Below are positions 1 through 7,251 of a stretch of DNA of 10,575 bases, piece by piece. The notes under the pieces were generated by a model. The model searched no databases, was not told where the DNA came from, and saw only the letters and a program-made list of their open reading frames with translations. A program made the translations under genes and the position numbers. This stretch comes from Candidatus Nanohaloarchaea archaeon. Lineage in GTDB: Archaea; Nanohalarchaeota; Nanosalinia; Nanosalinales; Nanosalinaceae. Position 1 is the first letter of the stretch. Every line of letters starts with the position of its first letter. Where the stretch lies: NCBI GenBank assembly GCA_047617745.1, contig JBLGBN010000024.1, forward strand, positions 1-10,575. Direction: 5' to 3'.

Positions 1-152
1 CCTCCTAGGTCTAGATCAGCTGCTCTATCTGTTATATGTTAGATCTTCTGATACAGAGAAATAACGTGTTTACAGAAGCTCTAACCCAATTTTAAAGCTT
101 CAGTAATTTTTACAGGCAAGGATCAAAACTGTTGTCCCAAAAAACTCTAACT

Positions 153-2417
153 GTGAAAGTAGAAAATCTGGAATTACCTGACAGAATAAAACAGGACTAC
201 ATAGAATCAGGGATAACCGAACTGAACCCTCCACAGAGAAAAGCGGTTGACTCCGGTCTGATGGAGGGAGAGGACATGATTGTTGCTTCTCCGACCGCTT
301 CCGGAAAGACGTTTATCGCAGAGTTGGCGATGGTTAACCAGGTGAAGAAGAACGGCGGAAAAGCAGTTTACATCGTTCCCCTGAAGGCGCTGGCATCAGA
401 GAAGTACGAGGATTTCTCGGAGAGGTACGAAGATCTGGATGTCATGATGTCGGTAGGAGATCGAGACGAATCCGGAGACTACCTTGAGACCGCGGATATA
501 GTAATCGTGACCTCTGAGAAGCTGGACTCGATGCTCCGCCACAATCCAAGCTGGATACATGAAATCGAGCTAGTTGTAACCGACGAGATCCATCTGCTCA
601 CCTCACCGAACCGTGGTCCTACACTGGAGGTCACGCTTACCCGCCTCCGGGATCTTCTGGAGTTCCAGATGCTTGGTCTTTCCGCCACAATTTCCAACTC
701 GTCCGAACTCGCTGACTGGCTGAACGCAGAACTGGTCGAATCGGATTACAGACCCGTCGAGCTGAAAGAAGGGATTATGGAAGGGAACGAGGTCGAGTTC
801 TTCCCTGAAGAATACCAGATTGAGAGTTCAAATGAAACGAACAACGAGAGTTCTGGTTTCAAAACCGGGAAAGAAATAGTAGAAGATGAAGAAGAACAGG
901 AGGAAATTGAGACAGAAGAGGTTTTCATAGACGACAAACACGGAAGACCGACCTCCAACCTCATAGAGAATACGCTTGAGATCGACAAGCAGGCGATAAT
1001 CTTCTGCTCATCCAGGAAAGGTGCCGAAAAATCCAGCGATCGATGCGCCAAGGCGACCGAACCTGATATTTCCAGAGAAGAACGACAGGAGCTGGAAGAA
1101 TACGCAGAAAAGATCAAAAACGTACTCGGCAACCCTACATCACAGTGCAAGCGGTTAGCGGAAAATGTTGCGAAAGGATCGGCCTACCACCATGCCGGGC
1201 TCGTCAATAAACAGAGAAAACTTGTAGAACAAGCTTTCAAGAAAGGATTAATCAGAACAGTCTCGGCAACACCTACACTCGCTGCAGGAGTGAATCTACC
1301 GGCTTACAGAGTTATAATGCGCGATCTGAAGCGCTACACCGGTAGAGGGATGGAGTATATCCCCGTCTTAGAATATGAGCAGATGACCGGGAGAGCTGGG
1401 AGACCAAAATACGACGATCAGGGAGAAGCGATCGCTGTAGCGAAAAACCCTGGAATGAAGGAGGAAATACTTGAGAGATATATTATAGGGGAAGCAGAGC
1501 ATATACAGTCAAAACTCGCGGTTGAACCGGTTCTCAGGATGCACACACTGTCACTCGTAGCATCTTCCTTCTGTACTGACTTTGAGCAGCTGATGGATTT
1601 CTACGAGAAAACTTTCTACGCCTACCAGTTCGGCGATATGGACGAAGTGGAGGAGAAGATCAGATCAGTTGTTGAAGACCTGATAGACTATGGTTTCCTA
1701 ACAGAGGATGTTTCAGCTACAAAGGTTGGGAAAAGGGTTTCAGAGCTCTACATTGACCCGGATTCCGCCAATCTGATAATAGAGTCTCTGGAGAAAGCCG
1801 CTGAGAAACAGACGAGAGCTATTTCGTTCCTTTTCATGCTTTCCCGAACGACCGAAATGAAACCGAGGCCACGTGTCAAGGACAAGGAGTGGAGCGAGAT
1901 ACAGAACGCGCTGAGTGACGCGGAGGAGTATCTTCTGGAGACTGTTCCGAACGAGTGGGAGGCAGAGTATGAGCCGTTCCTTGAATGTATGAAGAATGCA
2001 TTATTGATGCAGGGATGGATCTCCGAGGTCGATGAGGAGCAGTTGATGGATAAGTATGGGGTTGCGCCGGGAGGTATCAGAGCCAAGATGCAGAACGCGG
2101 ACTGGCTGATTTACGCCTCGAAAGAGCTGGCGAGGATGAAAGGATTCGAGGTTGAAAAGGATCTGGAGAAGCTGCGGATAAGGCTTCAGCACGGTATCAA
2201 GGAGGAATTACTCAATCTTGTACAGTACGACCAGATCGGAAGAGTGCGGGCTAGAAAACTTCACGACCACAGTATTAGAGATCAGGAAGCGATTCGGGAA
2301 GCAGAGTTCGAGAAGATGAAGAAATTGATAGGTAAATCGACCGCCCGGAAATTAAAGAAGCAGGTCGGGCAGGAGAATATCTTTGATAGAGAGAATATTA
2401 TGGATTACTTTGACTGA
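153..2417 (+). CDS. hel308: ATP-dependent DNA helicase Hel308 (Hjm; Ski2-like SF2)
   Basis: Q motif LNPPQ, Walker A SPTASGKT, motif Ia VPLKALASEK, DEIH (582-593), SAT, YHHAGL, ATPTLAAGVNLPA, QMTGRAGRP, winged-helix/ratchet region (GKRVSELYIDP) and C-terminal IGRVRARKL HhH motif. The ORF track starts at TTG 132; the in-frame GTG at 153 gives MKVENLELP, which looks more like a typical Hel308 N-terminus. Confidence 0.96.
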   Translation: MKVENLELPDRIKQDYIESGITELNPPQRKAVDSGLMEGEDMIVASPTASGKTFIAELAMVNQVKKNGGKAVYIVPLKALASEKYEDFSERYEDLDVMMSVGDRDESGDYLETADIVIVTSEKLDSMLRHNPSWIHEIELVVTDEIHLLTSPNRGPTLEVTLTRLRDLLEFQMLGLSATISNSSELADWLNAELVESDYRPVELKEGIMEGNEVEFFPEEYQIESSNETNNESSGFKTGKEIVEDEEEQEEIETEEVFIDDKHGRPTSNLIENTLEIDKQAIIFCSSRKGAEKSSDRCAKATEPDISREERQELEEYAEKIKNVLGNPTSQCKRLAENVAKGSAYHHAGLVNKQRKLVEQAFKKGLIRTVSATPTLAAGVNLPAYRVIMRDLKRYTGRGMEYIPVLEYEQMTGRAGRPKYDDQGEAIAVAKNPGMKEEILERYIIGEAEHIQSKLAVEPVLRMHTLSLVASSFCTDFEQLMDFYEKTFYAYQFGDMDEVEEKIRSVVEDLIDYGFLTEDVSATKVGKRVSELYIDPDSANLIIESLEKAAEKQTRAISFLFMLSRTTEMKPRPRVKDKEWSEIQNALSDAEEYLLETVPNEWEAEYEPFLECMKNALLMQGWISEVDEEQLMDKYGVAPGGIRAKMQNADWLIYASKELARMKGFEVEKDLEKLRIRLQHGIKEELLNLVQYDQIGRVRARKLHDHSIRDQEAIREAEFEKMKKLIGKSTARKLKKQVGQENIFDRENIMDYFD

Positions 2418-2851
2418 TTCTCGTATAGTAGCGCTTTACCAGCGTAGCTATCCTGGTTCCAGAAGCTGTCAACAAGCTCCATATCCTGAGGCGGTGCTAT
2501 CGGCCTCCCAAGGTCGTAGGAAGGAATCACTAGGCCGTCCACCTCTTCTTCAAGAAGCCTTTCGGTTAAATTAGAGATATCTTCATCTTCTGTTGACTCG
2601 GCGTCTATGAAATCCGGGAAGATCACTACAACCGAATCATCTTCCGTGTATCTATCGTCGTAGCCAGCGTCAGCGACTGACTCGAAGCCCTCTAGATTAT
2701 CCCAGGGACGGGTATCATCGCCTAGAAGGTACGCAGAGCTGTACTGGTCCTCTATAAGGGCGAAAAGATCATTATCCTCTAGCTGGGGCTCTTCATAAGC
2801 TCCTAGGCTCGAGTTAAGCGTGTTTTCACTTTCGTCTTTCGCGCCAGACAT
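2405..2851 (-). CDS. Hypothetical, highly acidic protein (~148 aa)
   Basis: Open frame with halophile-type D/E-rich composition. ATG at 2851 lies 22 nt downstream of a clear BRE/TATA (the ORF track uses TTG 2857). Its 3' end overlaps the hel308 3' end convergently by 13 nt. No family motif recognised. Confidence 0.75.
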   Translation of the reverse strand: MSGAKDESENTLNSSLGAYEEPQLEDNDLFALIEDQYSSAYLLGDDTRPWDNLEGFESVADAGYDDRYTEDDSVVVIFPDFIDAESTEDEDISNLTERLLEEEVDGLVIPSYDLGRPIAPPQDMELVDSFWNQDSYAGKALLYENQSK

Positions 2852-2872
2852 ATACAAGGGTTAGGAAGCGAA

Positions 2873-2889
2873 CTTAAAAAGATTTTCGC
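2873..2889 (-). promoter_or_regulatory. Archaeal promoter (BRE + TATA) for the acidic orphan gene
   Basis: Minus strand reads GCGAAAATC-TTTTTAAG, ending 22 nt before ATG 2851. This spacing is typical of leaderless or short-leader haloarchaeal-type transcripts. Confidence 0.65.
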
Positions 2890-2891
2890 GC

Positions 2892-2896
2892 AAAAA
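2892..2896 (-). terminator. Possible oligo-T terminator of fba-fbp
   Basis: TTTTT on the minus strand 8 nt after the fbp stop, followed by a second T5 run (the TATA above). Archaeal intrinsic terminators are U-tracts. Confidence 0.35.
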
Positions 2897-2904
2897 GGCT
2901 GCCT

Positions 2905-3756
2905 CTACAGCTTTTCCTCTACCCTCTGCACTAATTCGCTGTTCCCAACGAAGAAGGGTGTTCTCTGATGTAGTTCCTCAGCCTCTACGTCAAGAATTGA
3001 TCTTTCTCTGTCCGTAGATGACCCTCCAGCATTTTCAGCTATGAATGCTATCGGGTTACACTCGAAAAGCAGTCTAAGCTTTCCTTCAGGCGCATCAGTT
3101 CTATTTGGATATGAGAAAATCCCTCCTTGATGAATAACCTGGTTTACATCCCCTACTAGCGCTCCACCGTACCTCAGTTTCAATTCATCAGATAGATCGT
3201 CTTCAAAATCCTTCATATCTTCTGTCCAGCTCTTGTTGCCGCCTATGCCATATACGTATGGTTCTAGGAGCTCTATATCTTCGCTGGCTAGATGTATATC
3301 TACTTGATCGTTTCTATCCTGCTCTATAACGTACTCATTCACCTGCCCATCCTCTGCCTTCGTAGCTGTCATCAGCGGGCCGTAAACTATATAGAACGCT
3401 GAGATCAGGTTTCTTCCTTTGCACGGTAGTTCTTCATTGTATATCCCCACTATTGTACCGACAAGATTGTTTGTGGGGATATTGGACGAACCATCAAGAG
3501 GGTCGATAGCTACCGATACACCCTCACCACAGTCGGTTATATGCCTTTCTTCCTCAGAGGCGAACTGGCCGACCCCTTCTATAGAAGTGATTTCCTCCTT
3601 GAGAAATTCATTTGCCCAGACATCAGCCTCCAGCTGCTTCTCATTCGAAGGGTTCTCCTCTCCGACATACTCGCGGCGTTTCAGAAGTCCGGATGAGATA
3701 TGCGGCGCCACCTGGGCAACTGTTTCAAACACTTCCTGGACAACTTCTTCGTTCAT
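2905..3756 (-). CDS. fbp: Fructose-1,6-bisphosphatase class 1
   Basis: Motifs ADVWANE, FASEE, AIDPLDGSSN (metal binding), LRYGGALVGD, GKLRLLFECNP. The true start is probably ATG 3756 (MNEEVV), 1 nt after the aldolase stop (TAG-T-ATG). The ORF-track start at 3813 would overlap fba. Confidence 0.95.
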   Translation of the reverse strand: MNEEVVQEVFETVAQVAPHISSGLLKRREYVGEENPSNEKQLEADVWANEFLKEEITSIEGVGQFASEEERHITDCGEGVSVAIDPLDGSSNIPTNNLVGTIVGIYNEELPCKGRNLISAFYIVYGPLMTATKAEDGQVNEYVIEQDRNDQVDIHLASEDIELLEPYVYGIGGNKSWTEDMKDFEDDLSDELKLRYGGALVGDVNQVIHQGGIFSYPNRTDAPEGKLRLLFECNPIAFIAENAGGSSTDRERSILDVEAEELHQRTPFFVGNSELVQRVEEKL

Positions 3757-3757
3757 A

Positions 3758-4579
3758 CTATCGGAACTCGTCCCAGTCCTTGTTCTCGAAAATAACTTTT
3801 TCCAGCTTGTCAAGGATTTCCTCGGGCTCTTCTCTCTGGAAGATGTTTCTTCCTACTGCAAGACCGTTTCCTCCTACGCTGATAGTATCGCTAACGTCCT
3901 TCAGGAAGGCTTCGTCGCTCCGCTTTGACCCTCCTGACATGACAGTTTTCATATCTCCGACTACTTCTTCAACCTGTTCCCAGTCTTCCTTACTGCCGGG
4001 ATACTTGCATTTGACCATATCAGCTCCGAGCTCTAGTCCCAGCCGAGCTCCATATGCAACAACATCCGGGTCTTTCTGCCCGGAGTAATCAGGATTCTCT
4101 TCTATTCCTTTCCCTCTTGGATAGCTCCACATAATAACGGGTAAATCGTATTTTCTCGCGGCTTCCTGTACTTCTCTGAACTCTTTCCACATTTCATCTT
4201 CGTGTAGGCTGCCGGCGTACATCGTGTAGCCGACAGCATCGGCATCTAACTCTTCAACCGCATATTTTACCGAACACTGTTTTGGAGAGTAATAATCATC
4301 TCTCTTCGCAAGGTTGGAATTACCGTTCAACTTGACCAGGAGCGGTGTTGAGTTTGATACATTCTCTTCCTGCTCCCATTTCCTGTAGTATTCTGCGTTA
4401 CCTTTCTGTAAAGCAATCGCGGTTACGGCGCTGTGCTGCGCGACATTGAAAACATGTTTCGGCTCAGCGCTTTTCGGCATTGGCTCGAAGTCAACCGGGC
4501 CGTGTTCTGTGCCGTGATCGTAAGCTACTATTAGAGAGTTTCCTTTTCTGTAGATCGGGGAGTCAGGATGCTCTTTCAT
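3758..4579 (-). CDS. fba: Class I (DhnA/archaeal-type) fructose-bisphosphate aldolase
   Basis: LIVAYDHGTEHGP, LVKLNG, AVGYTMYAGS, WSYPRG (catalytic Tyr), LGADMVK (Schiff-base Lys), SGG, GLAVGRNIFQ. Adjacent to fbp. The likely start is ATG 4579 (MKEHPD), about 25 nt below TTTAAA; the ORF-track start at 4630 overlaps the upstream gene. Confidence 0.93.
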   Translation of the reverse strand: MKEHPDSPIYRKGNSLIVAYDHGTEHGPVDFEPMPKSAEPKHVFNVAQHSAVTAIALQKGNAEYYRKWEQEENVSNSTPLLVKLNGNSNLAKRDDYYSPKQCSVKYAVEELDADAVGYTMYAGSLHEDEMWKEFREVQEAARKYDLPVIMWSYPRGKGIEENPDYSGQKDPDVVAYGARLGLELGADMVKCKYPGSKEDWEQVEEVVGDMKTVMSGGSKRSDEAFLKDVSDTISVGGNGLAVGRNIFQREEPEEILDKLEKVIFENKDWDEFR

Positions 4580-4603
4580 ATTACCTTGTATTACCTTCGA
4601 CTG

Positions 4604-4616
4604 TTTAAAGTTCTGA
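4604..4616 (-). promoter_or_regulatory. Putative TATA box of fba-fbp, overlapping the stop codon of the upstream gene
   Basis: Minus strand CAGAAC-TTTAAA (TTTAAA at 4604-4609), about 25 nt before ATG 4579. It contains the TAA stop (4605-4607) of the small membrane protein gene. Confidence 0.5.
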
Positions 4617-4865
4617 CGGAGACTCCACATCCTTTGACCGGTCTCGCAGGTAGTACCTCCAGTCCACTTTGTTCACATAGAAGACGGCGAAGACGCTTGA
4701 CTGAAACACTCCGAAGAAGTATGTTATTGTTGCCGGTTCAAAAGGTATTCCTATCTCCACAACCTCCGCAGCGTTCAAAAAGACGGTTAGAGCATAAGAA
4801 AACAAAACGCACCATGTAACCAGGATCGATAATTTGGTCGCCTCCCAAACCTGTTCATAGGTCAT
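4605..4865 (-). CDS. Small hypothetical membrane protein (~86 aa, 2 predicted TM helices)
   Basis: Two hydrophobic segments (LSILVTWCVLFSYALTVFL; ITYFFGVFQSSVFAVFYV) and a charged C-tail. It fills the gap between fba and PAP2. ATG 4865 is preferred over TTG 4886, which would overlap the PAP2 ORF. Confidence 0.65.
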   Translation of the reverse strand: MTYEQVWEATKLSILVTWCVLFSYALTVFLNAAEVVEIGIPFEPATITYFFGVFQSSVFAVFYVNKVDWRYYLRDRSKDVESPSEL

Positions 4866-4894
4866 AAGAATTGGTATACCAAACAAGTATGTTA

Positions 4895-5380
4895 ATGTTT
4901 ACCCGCTACCTGAAGGAAAAGGTAATCTCCTTTGACAATAAGGTTATCCGATTAGTCGCAAACCGGAGAAAACCTATTTTAGTGGATCTAGCAACCGGTT
5001 TCAGCAGCCTGTGCTCACCGATTAACATAGCGCTTTACCTACTGATAACTGCTTCGATAAGCAGCGCTCTCGCCACCCAGTTTATCATCGAGATATCAGC
5101 TGTATGGGCAACTGTTTACGGGATCAAATATCTTGTTTCACGGGATAGACCTGAAGGAAATATTGAAGCAGGACTTACAGCCTCTTTCCCTTCCGCACAC
5201 GCCGCAACAGCATTTACGCTCGCCCCCCTCTTCTCGCAGATACTTGAACCCGCAGCTCTGCTGCTTTACACAGCTGCATTACTTGTCGCAACCTCAAGGA
5301 TCTACCTGCAGAGCCATTATCTCTCCGATGTGGTTGCAGGTTCGGCGATAGGAGTAATTATCTCAGTGGTTCTACTGTAG
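4895..5380 (+). CDS. PAP2-family membrane phosphatase (lipid/polyprenyl-pyrophosphate phosphatase-like)
   Basis: All three PAP2 motifs: C1 KYLVSRDRP (K-x6-RP), C2 FPSAH (PSGH variant), C3 SRIYLQSHYLSD (SR-x5-H-x3-D); several TM segments. Start uncertain (ATG 4889 or 4895; ORF track TTG 4871). Confidence 0.92.
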   Translation: MFTRYLKEKVISFDNKVIRLVANRRKPILVDLATGFSSLCSPINIALYLLITASISSALATQFIIEISAVWATVYGIKYLVSRDRPEGNIEAGLTASFPSAHAATAFTLAPLFSQILEPAALLLYTAALLVATSRIYLQSHYLSDVVAGSAIGVIISVVLL

Positions 5381-5395
5381 AAACAGTACCTGTCT

Positions 5396-5408
5396 GGAAA
5401 TTTTTAAC
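5396..5408 (+). promoter_or_regulatory. Archaeal promoter (BRE + TATA) for the four-gene run 5432-7788
   Basis: GGAAA-TTTTTAAC, with the TATA ending about 24 nt before ATG 5432. Same architecture as the promoter at 2873-2889. Confidence 0.6.
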
Positions 5409-5431
5409 TTTCGGAGGTTGAAAGAAAAACT

Positions 5432-6133
5432 ATGAAGCCGGAAGGAGGACTTCACCAAGGCGAATCAGTCAAAAAACATTTCACACCCAGCCCATGGAAA
5501 TACCTGGGATGGTATATAATTGGCGCGCTGTTGCTGCCTTTCATGTTCATCGGAGTTCTAGTCTGGATTATAGCTGAAATCCATAGACGCGGCCACAAAT
5601 ACTTCATAACCAATGAAAGAGTCATCAGAGAATTCAAATTCCTGAGCCGGGACACCGAGGAAGCCACCTTTGACCTCATAACCGACACCGCCATAGACCA
5701 GCCCCTGCTTTACAGAATGGCTGGCATCGGAGACGTTCACGTAAAAACAGCATCCGGAGGAGTGATAGAGTTCGCAGGCATCTCCAACCCCAAAAACGTC
5801 AAGAATCATATAGCCAAAAGCAAACACAGGGACAAGAACGAAGTCCAGAAAGTCGAGATGGTGGAAAACGGCAAAACAGAGTACTGCCCTGACTGTGGCG
5901 AAGAGGTATCTTCCTCAAGCACCTACTGTTCGAACTGTGGCCACCAGATCAAAGATAACGACAAAGGAGAAATAGACTATAGCAAGATGTTAGAGGGCAG
6001 TATACAGGAGGTCAAAGAGGACATAAAATCCCTGAAAGAACCCGACTACACCGAGATAATAAACAAAGAAAAAGAGAACAAGAACCGGAAAACACTCATC
6101 GACTGGCTGGAGGAGAGAAAAGATGAGTCTTGA
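5432..6133 (+). CDS. Membrane-anchored bacterial-PH-domain (bPH_2/DUF304-like) protein with zinc ribbon and C-terminal helical module
   Basis: N-terminal TM hairpin (WYIIGALLLPFMFIGVLVWIIA); PH signature YFITNERVI...DQPLLYRMAGIGDVHVKTA; CPDC-x10-CSNC zinc ribbon (5885-5938); C-terminal helical module ending EKENKNRKTLIDWLE. Confidence 0.85.
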   Translation: MKPEGGLHQGESVKKHFTPSPWKYLGWYIIGALLLPFMFIGVLVWIIAEIHRRGHKYFITNERVIREFKFLSRDTEEATFDLITDTAIDQPLLYRMAGIGDVHVKTASGGVIEFAGISNPKNVKNHIAKSKHRDKNEVQKVEMVENGKTEYCPDCGEEVSSSSTYCSNCGHQIKDNDKGEIDYSKMLEGSIQEVKEDIKSLKEPDYTEIINKEKENKNRKTLIDWLEERKDES

Positions 6134-6677
6134 AGAATCAGATTCAGAGCTGCAGAAAGGAGAAACCGCGCCAGGGTTCGAACTGGAAAACTATAACGGC
6201 GAAGAAGTTGCGCTTTCCGACCTTGATAATTACGACGGCGTTCTTGTAACTTTCATGTGCAACCACTGCCCATACGTCAAAGCCCAGGCAGAGGAGCTGA
6301 GAAAACTGGCCGAAAAGTTCTCAAGTATCGCTTTCGTCGGAATAAACCCTAACGCAGAAACACACCCGGGCGACGCAGTCGAAAAAATGCCGGAGTTCGT
6401 GGAGGAAAATAACCTGGATGCCTCCAACTTCTACTATTTAGTCGATAAGGATCAGAAAATCGCGGAGCAGTACGGCGCAGAATGTACACCTGATCCTTTC
6501 CTGCTTGACTGGAGACACCGGCTTTACTACCATGGAAGACTGAACGACAAGATGTCACCAAACCAAGAAGTAGAAAACAGAGAGATAAAAGACATAATAG
6601 AAGACATGCTCAAGAGGAGAGAACCACCGAAGAATCAAAAACCAAGTCAGGGATGCTCCATCAAATGGAAAGAGTGA
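6123..6677 (+). CDS. Thioredoxin-fold AhpC/TSA (peroxiredoxin-like, PRX_like1) protein
   Basis: G-x-x-APGFEL N-terminus, FMCNHCPYV (CxxC), YGAECTPDPFL, YHGRLND and C-terminal PSQGCSIKWK typical of this family. Overlaps the previous gene by 11 nt. Confidence 0.92.
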   Translation: MSLEESDSELQKGETAPGFELENYNGEEVALSDLDNYDGVLVTFMCNHCPYVKAQAEELRKLAEKFSSIAFVGINPNAETHPGDAVEKMPEFVEENNLDASNFYYLVDKDQKIAEQYGAECTPDPFLLDWRHRLYYHGRLNDKMSPNQEVENREIKDIIEDMLKRREPPKNQKPSQGCSIKWKE

Positions 6678-6683
6678 TAGAAA

Positions 6684-7247
6684 ATGGATTATTCAATCAA
6701 CCCGGAAAAGCATGAGCTTGAAGCTGTCAGAAGATTAATAGAAGGGGTTGTTGAGAAATACAGCTACAGCCTGGAAGTCGAAAAAATCGAGTTTGACCTT
6801 GGCTGGGAAAGATTCGAGAAAGACTGCAACGTGATCGCCAGCAGCAACAAAGTTCTGAATATTACTGTAAATCCAGAAAAAGACCTGGAGAACCTTGAGA
6901 AACGCCTTCTCCGCGGAATACTTGAACTGGAATTCATGGAAAAGGCCGAGTACAACGATATCCGGTATCACTGGCAGGAGATCGCAAAAATGGCGTACGT
7001 GAAAATAAGGTCTTCCAACCTTAGAGACATTGATCTCGCAGTAGAAGACGAACTTGAGGCGAGATGGGCCGAGCTGAAACCGAAACTCGAGAACGAATCA
7101 GAGGAGTTCAACGAGGAACTATACCTTAACGCAGGGCTTCTTGCGGAATCCATAGGAAAAGTGTATCAAGAACAAGATAGGTTAGATGATCTGCCAGAAG
7201 CGAAAAGAGACGACATTATAAAAACAGGAGACAACCTGTTCAACTGA
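6684..7247 (+). CDS. Hypothetical acidic protein (187 aa); possible degenerate DUF2268/zincin-like fold
   Basis: ATG 6 nt after the previous stop and stop 4 nt before nadM; acidic composition like its neighbours. The family resemblance is my inference only (see findings). Confidence 0.8.
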   Translation: MDYSINPEKHELEAVRRLIEGVVEKYSYSLEVEKIEFDLGWERFEKDCNVIASSNKVLNITVNPEKDLENLEKRLLRGILELEFMEKAEYNDIRYHWQEIAKMAYVKIRSSNLRDIDLAVEDELEARWAELKPKLENESEEFNEELYLNAGLLAESIGKVYQEQDRLDDLPEAKRDDIIKTGDNLFN

Positions 7248-7251
7248 AGAA

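Noticed and set aside
2..64. Possible 3' end of an upstream + strand gene (LLGLDQLLYLLYVRSSDTEK*)
   Set aside because: Only 20 codons are visible. It is plausible but cannot be supported without upstream sequence.
804..920. Intein in Hel308
   Set aside because: The insert is only ~40 aa, lacks intein splice-junction residues and is not within a conserved motif.
479..2192. Minus-strand ORFs 479-697, 746-1150, 1748-2086 and 2001-2192
   Set aside because: Antisense shadows of hel308. The Ser-rich translations are what the reverse complement of Glu-rich GAA/GAG codons produces.
3757..3813. Apparent 56-nt overlap of fbp and fba from the ORF-track starts
   Set aside because: An artefact of the longest-ORF rule. 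ATG 3756 directly after the fba stop resolves it.
2383..4819. Plus-strand ORFs 2383-2574, 3419-3928, 3612-4088 and 4568-4819
   Set aside because: They lie antisense to or overlap well-supported genes, have no motifs, and their basic/Ser-rich composition does not fit this acidic proteome.
4908..5160. 12-bp direct repeat ACCTGAAGGAAA at 4908-4919 and 5149-5160
   Set aside because: Two copies inside an intact PAP2 gene with no element between them; compatible with chance.
5186..5200. PAP2 motif C2 reads PSAH rather than PSGH
   Set aside because: The catalytic His and motifs C1/C3 are intact. This substitution is minor and not evidence of inactivation.
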